IMG/VR virus record: IMGVR_UViG_3300050120_000210
Span: 64,001 to 128,000 of that record
Length of the DNA: 64,000 bases
Direction: 5' to 3' (one strand)
From: a virus
Shown here: piece by piece, positions 58,778 to 64,000 of the stretch
Layout of the letters: each line of letters starts with the position of its first letter
How positions within the stretch are numbered: position 1 is the first letter of the stretch
Program-made: the position numbers and the translations under genes
The notes under the pieces: model-generated
Told to the model about the DNA's origin: nothing
The model's database searches: none
The model's input: the letters and a program-made list of their open reading frames with translations, nothing else

Positions 58778-59293
58778 CTAGGTAGGCAGAATGTATTTAC
58801 TGAACAACAAAGTGAATGAAGCGAACGACGCCATGATATTTGTTCGTAGGGGAAGCTTATACACCGACATGCTCGATTTCATAAGCATAATGTTGTGCGT
58901 AATCCCGAGATTTTCCGAACACCAAACACATACACGGTCGGTAACATTGCTAAACATCGGATTTACGGCGGCACTTCTGAGTTTCGGATTGAGGCGAATT
59001 TCATCCGACAGTTCTCGATACATTTCATCGGCTAACTGACTCAATTCAGCAGTCAATTGCCCTACCAGTTCCCAACATCGCGCATCAAAGTCTCCGGGGT
59101 CATCATGCCGCCGGTATTTCATCTCTCTGAAAAAATCCCGTGAATCCTCAGTGGGACCGCCCATGAATGTTTTTACCAATGCGCTGATTTCGGCATCGGT
59201 GGGGTTTTCGAACTTCACGGGCAAGTTGGGTTCCGTGCCGACAATAATTCGAGCAACCGAAATCTCATAGTCGGGATCAAGATACTGCCTCAT
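58778..59293 (-). CDS. Hypothetical protein (possible divergent DAxLF member)
   Basis: VCVWCSEN; ends FASFTLLF. Confidence 0.6.
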   Translation of the reverse strand: MRQYLDPDYEISVARIIVGTEPNLPVKFENPTDAEISALVKTFMGGPTEDSRDFFREMKYRRHDDPGDFDARCWELVGQLTAELSQLADEMYRELSDEIRLNPKLRSAAVNPMFSNVTDRVCVWCSENLGITHNIMLMKSSMSVYKLPLRTNIMASFASFTLLFSKYILPT

Positions 59294-59613
59294 TCCAGCA
59301 ACATCTTCAGATAGAGCAGATCGCCCGGTTTGCTGAACGCGAGAACAAGCGTCATTGGCCCGCGTGTCAACAGGCCAATCCACGGCGACAATTGTTGTCC
59401 TTCGTTTCGAAGTTTGATGATCGCGGGGTTGATTGCTTGCCCCATTGGCGTGCCGAGCGAATATTCCAAGACGTGCTCGAACCCCGCCGCCTTCAGCGCA
59501 GCAATTGTCCCGACTCTGTCTTCAAGATTGATGCCCGGAATGTCCGCAGACGATACCGAGCCCACGTTGTAGGCGACCCAGAGATCGCCACGCCGGTGCT
59601 TTTCCGGCTTCAT
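59290..59613 (-). CDS. Small protein, DAxLFKMF family (divergent)
   Basis: LAFSKPGDLLYLKML. Confidence 0.65.
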   Translation of the reverse strand: MKPEKHRRGDLWVAYNVGSVSSADIPGINLEDRVGTIAALKAAGFEHVLEYSLGTPMGQAINPAIIKLRNEGQQLSPWIGLLTRGPMTLVLAFSKPGDLLYLKMLLE

Positions 59614-59846
59614 GCCCGGCGAGCGATGGCCGTGAGCGCATCTTCCAAGGCGTCGGCCGCGCGGTTGTAGTCTTCTTGCTCTTGGGCGTAATAATCCTTG
59701 GACGACCACTGGCCGGTGTAGTTCGGCACCTTGCCTTTGGCGACGGTCAAGTCTCTGTCGGCCGCGAGGAACGCGGTCAGAGCCGCACCAAGCACCGCCG
59801 CTTCCGGGCGCGCGGGAGTGGGCTCTTGTTCTCCGTAACCAAACAT
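59610..59846 (-). CDS. Hypothetical protein
   Basis: AGGAG SD; promoter upstream. Confidence 0.7.
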   Translation of the reverse strand: MFGYGEQEPTPARPEAAVLGAALTAFLAADRDLTVAKGKVPNYTGQWSSKDYYAQEQEDYNRAADALEDALTAIARRA

Positions 59847-59904
59847 TGCGGACTCCTGTGAAATGATCTCAGGATCATCCTCTCACGGAAGTCGATTTGG
59901 TCAA

Positions 59905-60429
59905 CTATTTCTTGGTGGTGATTACCGTGGTCACAACTGCCGCCGGAGCGACAGGCGCGCTGGGAACGACAACTGTTGGTTTGACTACCGGGCACCAGAT
60001 AGACTTGGTGCCGCCGTCATATGGCTTGGCGAACCCGCCATCAACCATGAGCTTTCCGTAGTCTCGGCCATCCTCAAGCGTAACCGTTCCGAGCAGGCGG
60101 CCGTATTTGTCATGCTTGGTGGTGTCGTAGTGCACAACGACCGTCGAACCCAAACGAATGACCGTCTTTGCGTAGGCGGACGCTGCTTCTCCGAGTTTCA
60201 CTTCGCATAGGCTCTTGCCGGGTGGCATACGCTTTTCGGGGGTATCGATACCGTCGATCCTCACATCATCGGGATTGTAAGGCACGGGCCAACCGGCGAT
60301 CACAACCTTGATGGTGTCGCCGTCGATAACCTTGATGACTTTGGCTTGGTAGTCGATTGTCGCTGCGGCGGCGGGAGCAACTCCCAATAGATTGAAAGCG
60401 GCCAGCAGGATAAGTGCATACTTTTTCAT
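59905..60429 (-). CDS. Thermonuclease (SNase-family) with signal peptide
   Basis: VIDGDTI, VRIDGIDTPE, DKYGRLL, G.A..Y.GG. Confidence 0.9.
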   Translation of the reverse strand: MKKYALILLAAFNLLGVAPAAAATIDYQAKVIKVIDGDTIKVVIAGWPVPYNPDDVRIDGIDTPEKRMPPGKSLCEVKLGEAASAYAKTVIRLGSTVVVHYDTTKHDKYGRLLGTVTLEDGRDYGKLMVDGGFAKPYDGGTKSIWCPVVKPTVVVPSAPVAPAAVVTTVITTKK

Positions 60430-60451
60430 CGTGTATTTAGTATGCAGTGAA

Positions 60452-60527
60452 TGGCTCCCTCGGCAGGACTCGAACCTGCGACAACTCGATTAACAATCGA
60501 AAACTCTACCAACTGAGCTACAAGGGA
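60452..60527 (-). tRNA. tRNA-Asn(GTT)
   Basis: TCCCTTG/CGAGGGA acceptor, loop TTGTTAA, G73, encoded CCA. Confidence 0.95.
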
Positions 60528-60565
60528 TCACCTGTCCCCATGTCTATCGGGGACAGTCTTTTTCG

Positions 60566-60667
60566 TCAAGCAATATGCGCGATGAACGATCCGGCCAGCA
60601 AAAACGGAATGGCCAAGAAGAACAGCGAGCTAAGCTTGTCGAGTTTGGTTGCAAATGTGGTTTTCAT
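60566..60667 (-). CDS. 33-aa membrane peptide (not in ORF track)
   Basis: MKTTFATKLDKLSSLFFLAIPFLLAGSFIAHIA; AAGGA SD. Confidence 0.5.
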   Translation of the reverse strand: MKTTFATKLDKLSSLFFLAIPFLLAGSFIAHIA

Positions 60668-60742
60668 AACTAGGTTCCTTTCAATTTCTTGATAATGAAC
60701 CTATTTATGTTGCGCTGCAATATCTATCTGAACAGTGTTTAC

Positions 60743-61264
60743 TTAGGCCCAATTCTCGAACTTCACGAGATCATCATAGGGCAAATTATAGCAATCCGCC
60801 GAGACCTTCCAACCGTTCGATGGATCAACGTCACCGACCTTCAGGAACTTTGCCCGATCCTTGTAGGTCTCTTTCTGAATGATGCCGATGATATATCCAC
60901 GCGTGTAGTCTCCGGTCTCCTTGACGCGGTAGAGCGACACGAACACATAGAAGTCGGCGCGTTGAGCCGTGTTGAAGTTCGCGACCGATGCTTCGTAGCC
61001 AGCGCGCGGCGCCACGGTACGATCCTTGGTCTTCACCTCAAACGATGTGCCTTCGAAAGTGATGTCATGCTGATAGGTGTTGTGGGACTCCGAACCACCC
61101 CAAGCAGCGAGTACGATTTCCTCGCCCAAGAAGCCTGCAAGATTACCGGAGCCCCTGCGGATCGAGTTACGCAGTTCACCCATCTCCTGAGCCTTCTCTG
61201 AGGCTCTATCGACCATCTCCTGAGTGATATCGATCTCGATGAAACCTTCGCGGGTGATGTTCAT
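60743..61264 (-). CDS. PD-(D/E)xK nuclease-like protein
   Basis: GFLGEE...HD...FEVKTK...DFYVF. Confidence 0.7.
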   Translation of the reverse strand: MNITREGFIEIDITQEMVDRASEKAQEMGELRNSIRRGSGNLAGFLGEEIVLAAWGGSESHNTYQHDITFEGTSFEVKTKDRTVAPRAGYEASVANFNTAQRADFYVFVSLYRVKETGDYTRGYIIGIIQKETYKDRAKFLKVGDVDPSNGWKVSADCYNLPYDDLVKFENWA

Positions 61265-61644
61265 CAGATTGAGTGCCGCATTTGGACTGCCTGATCGCGC
61301 GCCGCATTCATTACGACTTGCGCGATGGGCGGTAGGTTGGTCGCCTTGGCGAAGTTGAACGTCAGGCCATCGGCCGCAGCGAGAAGCGTGAAAAACGGTG
61401 CTTCTCCGTCCGGGGTGAACACCGTGACATTGACTTCAAACGGTCTGCCACCGGCCCGGTAGCGGAACCACTGGCCGTTGCAGTCGTAGGTGGCCTCTCG
61501 CGTGCCCTTGTTGAACGAAAGTTGGGCGGCCATGACCAAGGTCTCACCAAGTAGTCTCGGTTCGGTTCGACCATAATGGAGTGCGGGAGGTGGCTTGTCG
61601 TCGAGATGATCTTCAATTTCGACTTGGGCAGCGGCAGTCAACAT
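61264..61644 (-). CDS. Hypothetical protein
   Basis: TGATG coupling; start uncertain. Confidence 0.6.
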   Translation of the reverse strand: MLTAAAQVEIEDHLDDKPPPALHYGRTEPRLLGETLVMAAQLSFNKGTREATYDCNGQWFRYRAGGRPFEVNVTVFTPDGEAPFFTLLAAADGLTFNFAKATNLPPIAQVVMNAARDQAVQMRHSI

Positions 61645-61717
61645 GGGCCATCACTTGTCAGGAATGAACCTTCAAAGTAGCCCGTGCACGGACCTATCTG
61701 CAATATTTTCGTAAACC

Positions 61718-61868
61718 AAAATAGGCCCACCGGGTGGGCACATGGCGTGACCGGTGGGCCGTAATGGCTTCGGACGGGCTGCCATCAACCGTTCAGGAGC
61801 CCGGCGCCGAACATCCTGACTCAGGGGTATGTCCTAAAAGGGCAGTGACCGTTCTGATCCTTACCCTA
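61718..61868 (-). ncRNA. Candidate ~150-nt structured RNA ending in a terminator
   Basis: Hairpins GGGTA/TGCCC, TCAGGA/TCCTGA, ATGGC/GCCAT; CGGGCT/AGCCCG possible pseudoknot; GGCCCACCGG/CCGGTGGGCC plus U-rich tail. Confidence 0.45.
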
Positions 61869-61874
61869 GACACG

Positions 61875-61905
61875 AAAAAGCCGCCCCGGATTTGCCGGAG
61901 CGGCT
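61875..61905 (-). terminator. Terminator of the GOLLD-like transcript
   Basis: AGCCGCTCCGG/CCGGGGCGGCT-TTTT. Confidence 0.8.
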
Positions 61906-61954
61906 GGGAGTCCCGCGCTAGTCGGGATATGAGAACTGCCGGAGCAGTTTGATG

Positions 61955-63105
61955 TTAAAGCCGTGAGACTACAGGCTTAATGACTGGCCTTCCGAGATTA
62001 TAGCCCACTTGCGATGGACCTTCCCCGATCATCCACCCTCTGCTCTTGCGAGTCAAAAGGTAACCAGCCGATGCCGCCTTTTCCCTATCGAAGCCCGAAG
62101 GCATAGGCGAGTGGCTTATCTCGCGTCGTAGTGTGTCCTCGGCGGTTCCTTCTCCGTTGACCATCGCTGGCCATTCAGGGTTGCAGCCCCTACGAAAACC
62201 TTCCCACCAACGTCCGGTTGCCTTGCGAGCTTCCGACCGTCTCGGTTCCAAATCGCCACCCGAAGATGACGACCCAGCCGAGAATTAGGCATCTTGTTAC
62301 ACACTACCGGGGCAGAACTTTGCGTTTTTCTAAGACAGTTGGAATTGAACCAACGACCTCATCCTATGCAGGGATGCGCTCTACCAGAGTGAGCTATATC
62401 GCAATCCACCAAGACGTGCTGCCCCAGTTGCTTCACCAGCCTTTCAGCCGACAAAATACAACACGCCTCATCCCTTTCATCCGGCTAAGACTACTCAGGT
62501 GTCCTTTTGGACCTAGTGACGTTTTCACGCCCCAAGACCCTGAAGACTGCCACCCGCCCTAAGCTGCGAAGCCTCGGACCTGATGACTACCCGTTAACTC
62601 TCGACCATGGACGTGCTTTGCATGTCTCGGTGCAGGACGCAAACCCCGCTTGGACCGACCTGCTTTCCCCACCGGCGAACCGACAAGGGCATCGAGCCTA
62701 GTCCTATCCCCTCTCAGGGACCAAAACGCACATCGTCCGATCTATCTCCTATCCCGAAGGTAGAAGACCCTCTTTAGGAGGGTAGTTCGGGCCTCTTTGG
62801 ATGGACTACAGTTGCCTGTAGGGACGGTATGTGGACCTTCCGCCCTTATCCCACCTCGCGGCGGGTTATCCGATTATACTGGCGCCAAATCGCCAGTTCT
62901 CAACACCCGTCCTATCGGTCGAACGAACTACCCCGCACATCGACCGAAGCCGACGTGCAAAGTGATCCAGTAGGATCGAAGAGACGTTCCGCACGCCGCC
63001 CGAAGGCGACTTAACCCGACCGAAGCCGAGAGGCACGGAGTGCCGAAACTTGTGTGCTAGGAGCGGGTTTTCCCGCTCTCAGCGAAATTTTTTGGTCTGT
63101 GACCG
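61955..63105 (-). ncRNA. GOLLD-like giant ornate RNA (~1.15 kb)
   Basis: Promoter TTGACC-N17-TAGGTT; many UUCG/GNRA hairpins with minus-strand G-U pairs; segments resembling GOLLD as recalled (GUGUUGUAUU..AGCAAC..GCAGCAC, CUGCCCCGGU, UAUAAUC, UGUAGUCUCA); embedded tRNA-like domain. Confidence 0.75.
62331..62403 (-). tRNA. Degenerate tRNA-Cys(GCA)-like domain inside the GOLLD-like RNA
   Basis: Intact D arm, anticodon arm CATCC-CTGCATA-GGATG and T arm GTTGG-TTCAATT-CCAAC; weak acceptor stem, U37, no CCA. Confidence 0.7.
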
Positions 63106-63182
63106 AAACACCAACCTAACAACTCGCCATTTTCTGGTCAACTACTTTTTACGATCTCTCGTAATTATTTTCGTTCACCAGA

Positions 63183-63505
63183 TGGTGGAAGCCGTTGGGA
63201 GAGCGCCGCTGCCCCAGCCGTGATTTGGAAAGTAGCGACCCCTTTCGGAAGACGCAATATCCTTTTTCGCAATTTCGTGACGAAGCCTGTGGATAACTCG
63301 CAAACGAAACAACGAGGGGTCGTCAAGCCGTTTGGCCCGGCATTCTCGTTGAGCCAGCAGCCTCGTATCTTGATGACTGAGAGCAAACTCCCGCCTGTGG
63401 GAATGGCGTCCCCGGCACGTTCCCGAGGCCCTCCACTCAAAACCGCACAAGGCTCCAAAGCCCGCCGGTCCACAGCCCGTGTCATACCACGGCGCCACTC
63501 GTCCA
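63183..63505 (-). ncRNA. Unclassified ~320-nt structured RNA
   Basis: Promoter TTGACT-N17-TAATCA; 5'/3' closing helix; CTGTGGA/TCCACAG; several hairpins whose G-U pairs work only on the minus strand. Confidence 0.6.
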
Positions 63506-63605
63506 GTTCTGATTAGCAGACAACAAGTTACCAGTCAATCTGCGCGAAAACTCCAATTTTGAGTTTCGATAAATACTCGAAGCCTAATTGGATCATCTCC
63601 CTTCA

Positions 63606-64000
63606 ATGACACTGCGTCTCACAACTCTGAATCTATCAGGATCGCTCACAGTGGGTAGGGATACCAATCCCGCTATCATGTGGGTTGCTCCGATGAACAA
63701 GGTTCTGGGTGCATTCAACGAAGGCGACGAGATCGAAACCGTCTTCAAGGCGACCGGCAAGAACCTCACCGCGCCCATCACCTATGAGCTTCACGTTGGT
63801 TCGCTGCCGGACGGCATCAGCTTTGATGAGACCAGCGGTTTGATGAGCGGTATTTTCACCGATCAAGTTGGCCTGTTCGATATCATCATTCGCGCGCAGA
63901 GTGGCGGAACGTTCCTCGATCATCCGTTCCGGCTCATCACCGGGCCGCATCCGTCGCCTGTCTGGATCACGCCTTCAGAGATTCTTGATTTTGGAAACGT
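63606..64000 (+). CDS. Second Ig-repeat (He_PIG-like) virion protein, partial
   Basis: Manual translation ..PITYELHVGSLPDGISFDETSGLMSG..PVW; ATAAATA at 63569. Confidence 0.8.
   Translation, partial: MTLRLTTLNLSGSLTVGRDTNPAIMWVAPMNKVLGAFNEGDEIETVFKATGKNLTAPITYELHVGSLPDGISFDETSGLMSGIFTDQVGLFDIIIRAQSGGTFLDHPFRLITGPHPSPVWITPSEILDFGN

Noticed and set aside
61760-61868. 6S RNA
   Set aside because: Only vague sequence echoes; it does not fold into a long rod with a central bubble.
63293-63380. Plus-strand tmRNA-like resume context ATAACTC-GCA-AAC-GAA reading ANETT...YLDD-stop, with CTCCACT downstream
   Set aside because: No GGGG..CGAC 5' tRNA-like domain or proper T arm. Helix G-U asymmetry and the promoter point to the minus strand, so this is probably coincidence.
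1-64000. Stop-codon reassignment
   Set aside because: Conserved genes are intact under the standard code, and TAA, TAG and TGA all end coupled genes.

Overview
A 64-kb slice of a large, T4-like (probably jumbo) dsDNA phage genome. The host is most likely an alphaproteobacterium, probably Caulobacteraceae; this is inferred from the IleRS C-terminus, the class I LysRS and an RcnB-like gene. Gene density is high and most genes are on the minus strand. Two promoter classes recur: sigma70-like early promoters with an extended (TTC)GTTGAC -35, and T4-like late promoters (C/TA)TAAATA, many placed so that the mRNA would be leaderless. Translation genes: IleRS, a ThrRS lacking the editing domain, a class I LysRS, a YqeY protein, tRNA-Val(GAC) and tRNA-Asn(GTT). 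Structural and modification genes: a ~3800-aa Ig/LamG fibre, the start of a second Ig-repeat gene, and a late glyco-modification cluster. About ten late proteins share an MRxxE-type N-terminus and carry enzyme domains (GNAT, ParB-like, ART-like, HExxH, NTase). Two expanded families of small paralogues end in LFKMF or LLRMF motifs, and there are stand-alone toxin and antitoxin fragments. The most striking feature is a set of structured non-coding RNAs: a ~1.15-kb GOLLD-like RNA with a degenerate tRNA-Cys grafted inside it, flanked by unclassified ~320-nt and ~150-nt RNAs, plus a ~470-nt ornate RNA at 41.5 kb and small RNAs at 7.3 and 40.3 kb. All family assignments are from motif recognition by eye and folding by hand; no searches were run.
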